Origin: an uncultured Clostridia bacterium
GTDB taxonomy: Bacteria; Bacillota; Clostridia; Christensenellales; UBA1242
Length of the DNA stretch: 64,000 nucleotides
NCBI GenBank assembly: GCA_947629505.1
Contig: CANRDW010000002.1
Coordinates: forward strand, 150 to 64,149
Reading direction: 5' to 3'
Shown here piece by piece: positions 33,701-42,700 of this stretch (its first letter is position 1; every line of letters begins with the position of its first letter). The notes under the pieces are model-generated. The model worked only from the letters and a program-made list of their open reading frames with translations, did not search any database and had not been told where the DNA came from. Position numbers and translations under genes: made by a program.

Positions 33701-33908
33701 TTCAAACGATTGCCTTGTCTATTTCTATAAAAGTGAAGAGATTATTGATAAAAACTTGTCGAAAGTTAGCAGTTTTTATGATACGTGTTTAAAATTTGAA
33801 GACTTACCTATCTTAAAAGTAAATGCAAAAGGAAAAGTGTCCGAAAAACTTGATTTACTTTTGGAAATGTTTGTCAGGGCAAAAAAAGAATTGAGAAAAT
33901 GCTGTTAA
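30774..33908 (+). CDS. mfd: Transcription-repair coupling factor Mfd (short N-terminal region)
   Basis: RID motif GDFVVHAFYGIGRC, helicase motifs GDVGFGKTEVA, DEEQRFGV, TLSATPIPRT, QLYQIRGRIGR. TTG start overlapping the pth stop. 1,044 aa. Confidence 0.9.
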   Translation: MNTNFLEIIKNALPQKKHFGGFFIGEKVLFCACLDKLVYVCGDFVTASKLKKGLSECGKRVQIISCGRENEDEFDVNLSPFASAISNFLKGQLDVLIFLPSSLSTKFDLNFLKQSFSVEVGKELPIETLSQNLQEYGFERVDYVTAPGQYAVRGDIVDIFIDGDYPTRVEFFDDEIEKILNFDFSTMKTMKMCEKIEILPIFLKIGKNSVFDICENCVIDEPVKVENECKILEKAREQLSWTKDDLFVDFSKIDLKKFITFSNTSESEFENQTIGAKSYLTDFMSLKADLAMYKKSGKDVFLFAGEFFDILQEFLMTNNISYKIFDGKLLDKTNIYLCRDYFPYSFSFLNLDIIGIGTDDLYKNKKMQVTSAKAFSYLPKVGDFVVHAFYGIGRCKEIVRMKLSHFEKDYFVLEYKNGALLYLPTEQANLLSAYIGAQDPKLNALGSNEWTRLKEKVKADLKEIAIELAKIYKQRETKKGFVFERDEELERQFAQAFEYELTPDQITAIEDIDRDMQSSKIMDRLICGDVGFGKTEVAFHAIFKACYNSKQVAFLCPTTILSQQHYRSCLARFKDFGLRVEVLNRFKTQKQTEDIYKRLAEGKIDILVGTHKILNEKIKFKDLGLLVLDEEQRFGVKDKEKIKKMKTDIDVLTLSATPIPRTLHMSLSGIRDISVIATPPRDRLPIQTYVSSYSDELLEDVVSRELARRGKALILFNRVAQIYQFRSHVESLLPKAKIGLAHGQMEEKELASVIDRLYNNEYNVFISTTLIENGIDLPSLNTLFVVDCDMLGLSQLYQIRGRIGRADKLAYAYLTYNGNKILTEEAYKRLEAIKEFRELGSGFKIAIRDLEIRGAGNILGREQHGHMQKVGYDMYVRLLDEVTKEFNGQKLGQEKEIKLELTLDAFISEDYISSQDERIIYYSRISRINSVDELKAIETQLSESYGQVPQEVENLCKIALLKNLASDFNVKRITINSNDCLVYFYKSEEIIDKNLSKVSSFYDTCLKFEDLPILKVNAKGKVSEKLDLLLEMFVRAKKELRKCC

Positions 33909-33970
33909 TTACTTGAATTATTGTGAAGATTGTGTTAAAATATAATGACTAATTTATTTCGAGGAAGAAA

Positions 33971-35824
33971 ATGAAGAAAAAAATCTTAGCGCTACTTTTA
34001 ATGTGTTTGATGTGTGTGTCAGTCGTCACAGGCTGTAATTTATTCAAGCCAAATTTACAACAATACTATGAATCCGTTGTTGCAACAATCTCTTATGTTG
34101 ACGGCACTTATGATGAAATCACAAAAAGAGATTTGCTTTTAGTTTATTCAAACTATGGGGCAACCTATGTTCAAAATTATGGCTATTCTTATCAACAAGC
34201 CGTTGAAACATGTTTAAACACAGCCATAAACAACAAAATTAAATCCAAACAAGTGAAGAATTATTATTTGGGTGGACAAGAACTCTTGGAGAATGAATAC
34301 ACTTATCTTTGGGAAACAACATGGTCGGCACTTTATGACCAACTTGCAGAAAAATATTTTGATGTAAACAAAATCACTGCACCAACTGCACTTGAAGAAG
34401 AGGATGAAAGCGACCTTGTTTACAAAGAATACACTCCACAGGCAGAAGTGAAGATTGAAAATGGAAAATATGTGATTAAAATCAATCAAGACAATGTTTC
34501 AAAATCTGTGAGAGAGGGTTACAAGCCAAACTACAAGCGAAATTATGAAGCAATCTCAAATGGCAATCAACTTGACAAAGAAGCAATGTATGAAAAGTTT
34601 ACTGCACTTTTTGGCAAAAGACAGACAGAAAGCGAAAAATTGTGGGGCAATGCTTTTGATGAATACATCAGAACAATCAAAGACAACTATTCTTACAAAA
34701 CCTTTAAAGACGATGAAGAATGCTTTAAATTTGAGATGGACAGAGTTTATAAGATTTTGAAAGAAAATTATTATGTAGAAAAATACAACGACATCTACAA
34801 CAAACAAACAGGCTATGCAACATTGTCCGTTCAAGAACTTGTGGATGCATATGCCGACAAAGTTGTCACAGATTACACAACTTACAAGACAATGAACGGC
34901 TCGGATTATGAAAGCAAAATGCTTTCAAGCGTTTTGGATATGGATTACATTTTGCCAGACGGCGCACAATTTTTCAATGTTGCATATATCAAAATGGAAT
35001 TTGGCGAAGAACTCACCGCAAAATACAACTCTCTTAAAGAGCAATATGAAGCCGGCACAATAGATGACCTTGAAAATCAACTAAAACTTCAAGTTTATGA
35101 CAAAGTTTATGCTTCACATCGCGATGAAACAACGGGCGAAAAACAAACTTATGTCAACGAAAACGGACAAACTGTCACAGCACTTTCTGACAGAGTGAAT
35201 GCAACGACACTCAGAGAGCAAATCCTTGCAGCAGTTGGCACAAGAGCAGATTATGTTGATGAAACAACGGCAGTAAACGATGACCAACGTGATTACATGA
35301 AAGATCAAAACGAAAAAATTGCCTATGCAAAAGCACAAAACTTTATAAAATATCTTTATTATTACAACGATGATGACACACTCAAAAATGCCGATGCAAA
35401 CACAGTTTTTGGCTTTAAAGATGGCGAAGTTTTGGCAAATGACACATTTAAAGATATGGACGATGTCAAAAAAGCAATCGAAGAATTGTATGACAATGGA
35501 AACGCAAAAATTGGAGATATTTCAAGGCTTGCAAAAGCAGATGACGGCTATTATTTGTTCTTCTTTGCTGGCAATATTTCAAATGTTTTCAGCACAGTTA
35601 CAGACACATTCAATTTGAAAGAAGAAGATGTTGTAAGACTTATGGAAACACGCCTCAACATTTTCAGCACAAAAACACTTTTTGACAAACTGTATGAAGA
35701 ACTTTCCTCATCAAGCAATTCCGCTTTCCAAACTATGCATATGGAAAAATTGAAAGCAGAAATTGTGACAGGGGGCGGAAAAGGAATTGTTTGTTATCCA
35801 GACAATTATAAAGACCTTTATTAA
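33971..35824 (+). CDS. Lipoprotein (617 aa), possibly a SurA/PrsA-N-terminal-like chaperone without a recognisable PPIase domain
   Basis: Lipobox VVTGC. Sits after mfd, as PrsA-like genes do in Clostridia. The family call is weak. Confidence 0.7.
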   Translation: MKKKILALLLMCLMCVSVVTGCNLFKPNLQQYYESVVATISYVDGTYDEITKRDLLLVYSNYGATYVQNYGYSYQQAVETCLNTAINNKIKSKQVKNYYLGGQELLENEYTYLWETTWSALYDQLAEKYFDVNKITAPTALEEEDESDLVYKEYTPQAEVKIENGKYVIKINQDNVSKSVREGYKPNYKRNYEAISNGNQLDKEAMYEKFTALFGKRQTESEKLWGNAFDEYIRTIKDNYSYKTFKDDEECFKFEMDRVYKILKENYYVEKYNDIYNKQTGYATLSVQELVDAYADKVVTDYTTYKTMNGSDYESKMLSSVLDMDYILPDGAQFFNVAYIKMEFGEELTAKYNSLKEQYEAGTIDDLENQLKLQVYDKVYASHRDETTGEKQTYVNENGQTVTALSDRVNATTLREQILAAVGTRADYVDETTAVNDDQRDYMKDQNEKIAYAKAQNFIKYLYYYNDDDTLKNADANTVFGFKDGEVLANDTFKDMDDVKKAIEELYDNGNAKIGDISRLAKADDGYYLFFFAGNISNVFSTVTDTFNLKEEDVVRLMETRLNIFSTKTLFDKLYEELSSSSNSAFQTMHMEKLKAEIVTGGGKGIVCYPDNYKDLY

Positions 35825-35831
35825 AATAATG

Positions 35832-35863
35832 ACAACCTTTGTTTGACAAAGGTTGTTTTTTTT
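35832..35863 (+). terminator. Intrinsic terminator of the lipoprotein gene
   Basis: Stem ACAACCTTT/AAAGGTTGT, 7-nt loop, T8. Confidence 0.75.
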
Positions 35864-35871
35864 GCTAGAAT
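35843..35871 (+). promoter_or_regulatory. Promoter embedded in the terminator, possibly giving a leaderless mRNA
   Basis: TTGACA (35843-35848), 17-nt spacer, TAGAAT (35866-35871). The ATG at 35879 lies 8 nt after the -10 with no SD. Confidence 0.4.
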
Positions 35872-35878
35872 ATTTCCT

Positions 35879-37234
35879 ATGAGCGAAGAAATCAAAAAAG
35901 AAAATACAGAGATTGCTGAAGAAACTTCCACATCAAAAGGTGGCGGGATTTTTTCGCGTTTGACAAACAAAATAAAAACCAGAAAAAAAGAAAAACTCAA
36001 ACAGATTGAAAACGAGAAGTTGTCTGCTGAAGAAAGCAAAAGAGTTGAAGAGAAAATTGAAGAGGCAACAAGAGAAGTTGCGGGTTCTTCCAGCAAAAAG
36101 AAAAAGATTAAAAACATAATTTTTTTCGTGTTCAACTTGATTCTTGTTGCGGCAATTTTGATTTGGAACATCTACACAACAGATGATTTCACGCCACTTG
36201 GCCTTTTCAAAATAAATTACAGTTACATTTTGGCGGCACTTGCCATGCTTGCTGTCATCGTGTTTGTCGATGTTGTGTCAGTGCACAGAATGATCTATCG
36301 AAAAACCATGCGAAGCCGCTGGCATCTGTCATATAAATCACTTGGAATTATGCGATATTATGACGCAGTGACGCCACTTGCATCCGGCGGGCAGGCGTTT
36401 ATGGTCACCTATCTTACATCTCGCGATGTGCCGGCTTCCACTTCACTTTCAATCCCTATTGCAAAACTTTTATTTCAAAACATCTCTTGGCTTATCATAA
36501 CATTTATTTGCCTTGTTATTTCTCAAACAAACGGCATGGGCGCATTTATTTCAACCACAAGCATCATAGGTTTTATTTTGTGCTTTGCAATGGTTGTGGT
36601 GCTTCTTTTCCTGTCACTTTCCAAAAAACTTGGCATGAAATTGGTTGCGTGGCTCATAAAACTTTTGTGCAAGATGCGAATTTTAAAAGACTATGATAAA
36701 TATTATGAAAAAGTTCACAATGTTGTTGAAGACTATCAAAACATTATGAAAGAATACAGCAAAGCAAAATTTGACATAATCTATCAACTTGTGCTTAATA
36801 TTTTAAGATTTGTCTGCCTTTACACCATTCCTTTTTTCATTTACTGCGCATTCATGGGCTTTGACGGCTCTAAATTCAGCGAATTTTTCATATTCTCAGC
36901 GCTGATTGAACTTGCTTCAAGTTTCATCCCTCTGCCGGGTGGAACGGGCATGAACGAAATCACTTTCACCTATTTGTTTAAAACTTATCTTGGCGGGGCT
37001 ACATTCTGGGCGCTTATTATGTGGAGATTCTGCTCTTATTATTTCTATCTGTTGCAAGGAATTGGCATTTTAAGTTATGACACCATCTATGGCAACAGAA
37101 AATATCGCTGGATACAGGTGCGCAGAGGCCTTCAAGCGGAAAGTTTGGATTTCAAACGCACACAAATAGAAAATTTCCGTCAAGAACGCGACAAAAGACG
37201 TAAAAAACAGAAAAAAATTGCTGAAAAAGTATAA
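35879..37234 (+). CDS. Flippase-like / lysylphosphatidylglycerol-synthase TM-region family (UPF0104) membrane protein
   Basis: Charged N-terminus, then ~8 TM helices. YYDAVTPLASGGQAFMVTYL and PLPGGTGMNEITF motifs. Confidence 0.7.
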   Translation: MSEEIKKENTEIAEETSTSKGGGIFSRLTNKIKTRKKEKLKQIENEKLSAEESKRVEEKIEEATREVAGSSSKKKKIKNIIFFVFNLILVAAILIWNIYTTDDFTPLGLFKINYSYILAALAMLAVIVFVDVVSVHRMIYRKTMRSRWHLSYKSLGIMRYYDAVTPLASGGQAFMVTYLTSRDVPASTSLSIPIAKLLFQNISWLIITFICLVISQTNGMGAFISTTSIIGFILCFAMVVVLLFLSLSKKLGMKLVAWLIKLLCKMRILKDYDKYYEKVHNVVEDYQNIMKEYSKAKFDIIYQLVLNILRFVCLYTIPFFIYCAFMGFDGSKFSEFFIFSALIELASSFIPLPGGTGMNEITFTYLFKTYLGGATFWALIMWRFCSYYFYLLQGIGILSYDTIYGNRKYRWIQVRRGLQAESLDFKRTQIENFRQERDKRRKKQKKIAEKV

Positions 37235-37264
37235 TAAATGCTTTAAAAACAAAAACTAACCTAT

Positions 37265-37789
37265 ATGAAAAAATCTTCAATAGGTTGGCTTTTTGCCGTG
37301 ATAACTTTGGCTGTTTTGCTTGCAGTGTCTGTGATTTTGGGTGTAACAGGCTATTTTTCATCCGTCACATATCTTGCAAGTCCAAGTGATTTGGTGGTGG
37401 GGGACAATGTGAGCATTGCCGTCAAAGAAAACGAGTCAAGTGTCGCATCTTTCACTTTTGATGGTGGCTATTTGCCAAATGAAACAATCCCACATGTCAT
37501 CCAGATAAATGGCGGACTTTTAAACAAAGATGTGAAAGTGCGTGTAAAAGCAGAGATTTTTGGGCTAAATGAAAAGACTGCCTTTGATTTTGTGACAACA
37601 TCCCATTTTGAAAAGGCGGAGGACGGATATTATTATTACGATGAAACGCTGCCAATAGGAAGCAAAATAACATTTTCAAACTATTGCATAATCCCTGAAA
37701 ACAACTTTCAAAGCGGAGAGAAATATATATTGACAGTGGTTGTTGAAACAATTGATGCTGAAAAAAGTGGTGAAATTTGGCAAAATTAA
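37265..37789 (+). CDS. Secreted protein with a SipW/TasA-type signal peptide (camelysin-like?)
   Basis: The N-terminal ...LAVSVILGVTGYFSSVT resembles the SipW-dependent signal motif (G-T-x-A-Y-F-S-D). Weak call. Confidence 0.6.
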   Translation: MKKSSIGWLFAVITLAVLLAVSVILGVTGYFSSVTYLASPSDLVVGDNVSIAVKENESSVASFTFDGGYLPNETIPHVIQINGGLLNKDVKVRVKAEIFGLNEKTAFDFVTTSHFEKAEDGYYYYDETLPIGSKITFSNYCIIPENNFQSGEKYILTVVVETIDAEKSGEIWQN

Positions 37790-37848
37790 CATCAATTTAT
37801 TGGACTTTTTGTTTTGTTTGCTTTAAAATGATATAAAAGGAAGAAAAA

Positions 37849-38088
37849 ATGGAAGAGAAAAAACCTTTTATGCCACCTCCACCACAGGGGTTGAAAAGAG
37901 AAGAATTGCCACCAAAAGAACAGGATGCTTTGGCAGAACAGCCACAGCAAGTTGTTGAGCCTGAACAAGTTGAAGCACAAGAGCCAATCAAAAAAACAAA
38001 AGCGGATAAAATCACGATAATAAATTGGTGCGGGCTTGCTGGCTCATTTGTTTTGTTTGGTGTTTTTGTGTTTTTAATGTTTATCTAA
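37849..38088 (+). CDS. Pro/Glu-rich tail-anchored small protein (79 aa)
   Basis: RBS AAGGAAG. C-terminal TM WCGLAGSFVLFGVFVFLMFI. Confidence 0.55.
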   Translation: MEEKKPFMPPPPQGLKREELPPKEQDALAEQPQQVVEPEQVEAQEPIKKTKADKITIINWCGLAGSFVLFGVFVFLMFI

Positions 38089-38258
38089 ATTGTGAAAAAT
38101 TTGAATTATATGTAGATGATAAAACATCTGCATATTTTTTTAAAATTGATAAATTTTCATGGATTTCCTTTGATTTTAAGCCGTTTTTTATTAAAAAAGT
38201 GAAAAAATATGTTTAAAATCAAAAATTACTGTCAAATATCTTTGCGTGGAGGTAATTT

Positions 38259-38816
38259 ATGGAAATCAAAAAAGACTCAAAACTTAAAGGGCTTATCAAA
38301 AGATTTGGAGCGATTGGGCTTGTGTGCGTGTTCAGCCTTGCAATTGCGCTCACCATTGCATTCAACGTTCCAAGGGGACAACAAGTGTCAAACAGCATGG
38401 CGGAATTTGTTTTGCCTATGCACAATGCAACCATTGTGAAAGATTATGCTGATGACAGACTCCAAGACAATCCAACACTCAGCCGCTGGGAGATTCACCT
38501 TGCAATTGATTTGCAATCAGAAGACATGAATGTGTTTTCAATCTATGACGGCGTGGTGAAATCTATTCGAAGCAATGGGCTTGAGGGCAAGGTTGTTGAA
38601 ATAGATCACGGCAACGGCTTCACAAGCGTCTATTCATCTCTCGAGGACGATGTAAATGTGCAGCAAGACGGCAAAGTAAACAAAGGTCAACAGATTGGGA
38701 GAGCATCCAACGCTGCTGGAAATGAAAAGTTGTCTGGCGGACATTTGCACTTCATGTTGTATAAAGATGGCAAGGCGGTTGATCCAAATATTTATCTTGA
38801 TTTACAAAATAAATAG
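38259..38816 (+). CDS. Membrane-anchored M23/LytM peptidase, SpoIIQ candidate
   Basis: N-terminal TM. HLAIDL (HxxxD), IDHGNGFTSVYSSL, HLHFML (HxH). Lies close to spoIIID, as spoIIQ does in some Clostridia. Confidence 0.8.
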   Translation: MEIKKDSKLKGLIKRFGAIGLVCVFSLAIALTIAFNVPRGQQVSNSMAEFVLPMHNATIVKDYADDRLQDNPTLSRWEIHLAIDLQSEDMNVFSIYDGVVKSIRSNGLEGKVVEIDHGNGFTSVYSSLEDDVNVQQDGKVNKGQQIGRASNAAGNEKLSGGHLHFMLYKDGKAVDPNIYLDLQNK

Positions 38817-38873
38817 TGTATTTAGTTGCAATTTTTTAAATTTTATGATATTATATAGCCATGGAGGTTGACA

Positions 38874-39119
38874 ATGGCTATTGACAATGTAATTTTTGGA
38901 AAAGTGCAAGAAGTTGTTGCAGAACAACTTGGAATTGCAAAAGACACAATCACAATCGAATCAGGTATCATTGAAGATTTGGGGGCAGATTCTTTGGATG
39001 TTATTGAAATGCTTATGACTTTGGAAGATGAATATGGCATCACAATTCCAGACGAAGAAATCAGCACTGTTAAAACTATTGGGCAAATTTGCGATGTTAT
39101 TCAAAAATGTAAAAAATAA
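38874..39119 (+). CDS. acpP: Acyl carrier protein (orphan copy, not in a fab cluster)
   Basis: RBS GGAGG. LGADSLDVIEMLMTLEDEYG with the DSL phosphopantetheine site. Confidence 0.9.
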   Translation: MAIDNVIFGKVQEVVAEQLGIAKDTITIESGIIEDLGADSLDVIEMLMTLEDEYGITIPDEEISTVKTIGQICDVIQKCKK

Positions 39120-39146
39120 AGCAATTTAGTTTGCTTTATTTTTTTC
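39117..39146 (+). terminator. Intrinsic terminator after acpP
   Basis: Stem AAGCAA/TTGCTT then a T-run. Confidence 0.65.
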
Positions 39147-39157
39147 GACATTTTAAG

Positions 39158-39186
39158 TCATATTTTGACAAAATCCTTCATAGATA
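39158..39186 (+). promoter_or_regulatory. Candidate sigma-E-type promoter of spoIIID
   Basis: TCATATT (39158-39164), 14-nt spacer, CATAGATA (39179-39186), compared with the B. subtilis sigma-E consensus kmATATT-N14-CATACAhT. Confidence 0.45.
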
Positions 39187-39212
39187 AGTTTAAGACCTAT
39201 GGAGGATTTTTT

Positions 39213-39476
39213 ATGAAAAGTTATATAAAACAGCGCACGCTTGAAGTTGCACAATACATTGCCACTTCACACGAAACAATCAGAAAAACTGCCAAAGTTT
39301 TTCACTTAAGCAAAAGCACAGTGCACAACGATTTGCAAAAAAGATTGAAGAAAATTGACAGCAAAATGTATGAAGAAGTGCAAAAAATTTTAGATCAACA
39401 CTTTGAAGAGAAGCATATCAAAGGCGGGCAATCAACAAAAAATAAATATAAAAATTTTGTTGCAAAAGAAAAATAA
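39213..39476 (+). CDS. spoIIID: Sporulation transcription regulator SpoIIID
   Basis: RBS GGAGG. MKSYIKQRTLEVAQYIATSHETIRKTAKVFHLSKSTVHNDLQKRL...HIKGGQSTKNKY is canonical SpoIIID. Confidence 0.92.
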   Translation: MKSYIKQRTLEVAQYIATSHETIRKTAKVFHLSKSTVHNDLQKRLKKIDSKMYEEVQKILDQHFEEKHIKGGQSTKNKYKNFVAKEK

Positions 39477-39501
39477 AAATTAAAAAATAATTAAAAAATT
39501 C

Positions 39502-39531
39502 AAAAAAATGCGTTTTTTTCGCATTTTTTTA
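39502..39531 (+). terminator. Intrinsic terminator after spoIIID
   Basis: AAAAATGCG-T7-CGCATTTTT. Confidence 0.7.
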
Positions 39532-39758
39532 TTAATTTTTGCCTATTTTTTATTATTTTTTAATTTTTTGCTATATTCAGCATAACAGCGGAGGGAAAAT
39601 ATTTTTTTCAAATTATTTTTCTCTATTTTTTTGTGCATAAAAAATATTTTTAATTTTATTAAAAAATATTTCCACAAATTTGACTTTACACGCGCGAATA
39701 TTTATAATATATATATATAAAACTCGCATTATTGCAAACGCTATTGTGGAGGGGACAC

Positions 39759-42700
39759 ATGAAAAAAATTTTTTTAGCAATGTTTAGTGTGTTTATGCTG
39801 ATGTCAGGGATTTTTATCACTGCATGCTGTGAAAAGTCGGTGACACTTTCAATTGACACTGAAAATGTGACAATTTACACAAACAGTCAAAACCAAGACA
39901 ATGTTTTGTCAAAGGATGTGACTGTTTCTGTCAGCAACTCTTCTGCGGGGATTGGAAAGATTGTTGAGTCGGGCGGAGAAAACACAATTCACCTTTCCGC
40001 AACAAGACGCCACAATGACAATACATACTCTTTCACAATCTATGGCGACAAGAGTGGCTCTGCAAGAGTTCGCGTTTGGGCAATTGACAACATAAACGAA
40101 TACAAAGTCATAAATGTCAAAGTAAACACCGTGCTTGAAAAAATTGAAACTTCACAAAGTGACTCCACACAAGGTCGCACCAACAGATTTATTGTCAAAG
40201 GTGACGGCAACGAAATAAATTTAAATGCTGAAGAATTTTTTGATTTAAAACCTCTCACTGCAAATGTTAAAGATATTGAATGGACTTTCACAAATGGAGA
40301 ACTTGATGAAAATGGACAACCTGTTATGTATGAGGACAGTGTTGAGGTTGCAAGAATCTCCAACGGAAAACTTTGGGTTTCTGAAAATGCGCAAATGGAA
40401 AAAATAAATTTAAGGGCATCTTTTGTTGACAACAAAGACATCACCAACACAGTTGAACTTGATGTGCTTGAAAATTCCACAATCAATTCTCTTGAAATTG
40501 GCGACAACACCCACACTGTTTTGTTCTATTCCGACAACGCAGTTCAAGACATTAAAGACGATGACGCCGTTTTCAATCTTAAACGCAATGATGCAAATCG
40601 CGCTGTCGCAAGTGGAACAATTGTCATCAACACACAATACAATGTTCAGCTTTCTCCAATCTTCTATGCTTCCACATCAAATGGCATGGAAAGGATTGAG
40701 GATTATTTGGATTATTTCACTTTCAATGTCACATCTCGTGAAACACAGGCAAAAATGGTGACTTACACTTTTGAAGTGAATGCAACTGACTATTTCAACA
40801 ACAACACAAGCGGAAGCTTTATGTTGCAACTCAATATTGGCTATGCCGACTATGCATATGACATCACCACATCTTCGATTAGGCCGATTATCACCACTTC
40901 TTATGCCGTTGAGGGAGTGAATCTCTTTGACGCTCAACAAGACTTTATCAACAACGATTCAATTGACATCTTTTCAAACTACAACGCTGGGGGCTACACG
41001 ATTAGGACAATTCTTCTTCCAGATGATGGCGTTACGCTTGACAACAACTTATTCAACATCAAAATCAACATTGAGCAATCCACGTCACTTTTGAATCATT
41101 TTATGAAAAATGACCAAAAGATAAGTTCAATTGTAAAATTCACACGTCGTGGCGAAGAAATTAAATTTACAAACTCCAGCGAAATGGAATACACATCGAC
41201 AACGCTTCTTCAAAGTGGCGATGTTATCACATTGATTGCAAGTGACAATATTGAGGGCTCGCTTGAAAATGTTGTTTTTGAATTTGTGCCGCAAAGTGAC
41301 CCATACAAAAAAACTCAAATCGGTTTAAATCTATATCGCATCACCTCGGGGCAAGACCTTGAAATTGTCACAGACAACGATATGCCTGTTGAAACGCAAT
41401 ATATTGCTTCAAATGAAGGCAGCACAAAAGTTGTTGATTACACACTTAAAATCCTTGGACTCACTTCTGCATCAGGGCTTGTTTTGAAAAACGACAACAA
41501 TCCACGCTTTATCTTCCCAGAAGAGGACTATTTCACAAAAACTCCAGAGGCTGTTGAAACTCACATCTCTGATGGCGAAAATGATCCAGATTACATAATT
41601 GTGCAATTCAGCGTCAGACTCAATGGAACAAACATTGACAGCAAAGCAAACTTCTGGTTTGAACATATCACTCAAAAAACTTCTCAAAATTTTAGTGTTG
41701 AAGCCTTTATGCCAATTGACGATGTTTCAATTTTAAATGCCGACCCACTTTCCACAAATGTGTATTATTCAAAAAATTTAAGACAGGGATTTTCGCTTGT
41801 AGGTGACGAAATTCAATCTTCAGATTTAACAAGTGTTTCTCTTGCAAAAATCATGCTGGAAGCGGGCTCTATCTTGACACTTTCCACAACTTTCCAATCT
41901 TTGGCAAATGATGTTGAATATGGCTTTATCACGCTTGACCAAGTTATAGAAAAACTTGGTGAAAATGATGCAGAAAACATCTTTAGATATGCGGGTGAAG
42001 ACGATGCACTTTTTGGCGACCAAACCGCACTTGATTATTTGGCGACACAATTTTCGAAAGATGAAATTTGGACGGGATTTACCAATTATTTCGGCATCAC
42101 AACAAACAGATTGACCCTTTCAGACAACGAATTTAAGGGCTTTGTTTTTGCAAAGTTCAATGGATTTGATTCCGCCCACAGAGAAGTTGTTGCAGTCAGA
42201 ATTTTTGCACTAGAGAGTTTCTATGCTGTGAAATCTCTTTCAAGCAATGTCAGAGACACCATTCTTTACACAACTGAAACTTTAAGTCAGGCAGATATGG
42301 CTCGCGCTTCTGTGAATGTTACTCTCAGTTTCAGAAATGACGGCAAAACTCCAACTTACACACACGATCAAAGCATGTTTACTTTTGAATCCAGCAGTGG
42401 AGATTGGGAAGAAAATGACAGTCAAGCAATAAAACAAAATCGCTTTTACACGATAAGCAACATTGACACGCCATTAGATGGCAGATATTTCACATTCACA
42501 ATCACCGCAAATTCAACCAAACACCAAACAAGAGTGTATGACATTTTGACAATTACATATCGAGATGAATTTGGCTTTGAAAGAAAGATTGACATTTCTC
42601 TTGAAATAAGAAATGTAAACCGTGTCGAACAAGTTGAATGGGTGAATAAAACCCTTTCAGGTGATGTTTATCTCAATCTCACTTCTTCACAAGAAAATGC

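Noticed and set aside
39732-39758. TTG start at 39732 for the giant protein (MQTLLWRGH...)
   Set aside because: The GGAGG RBS lies inside this extension and is correctly spaced for the ATG at 39759, which begins a canonical lipoprotein signal peptide.
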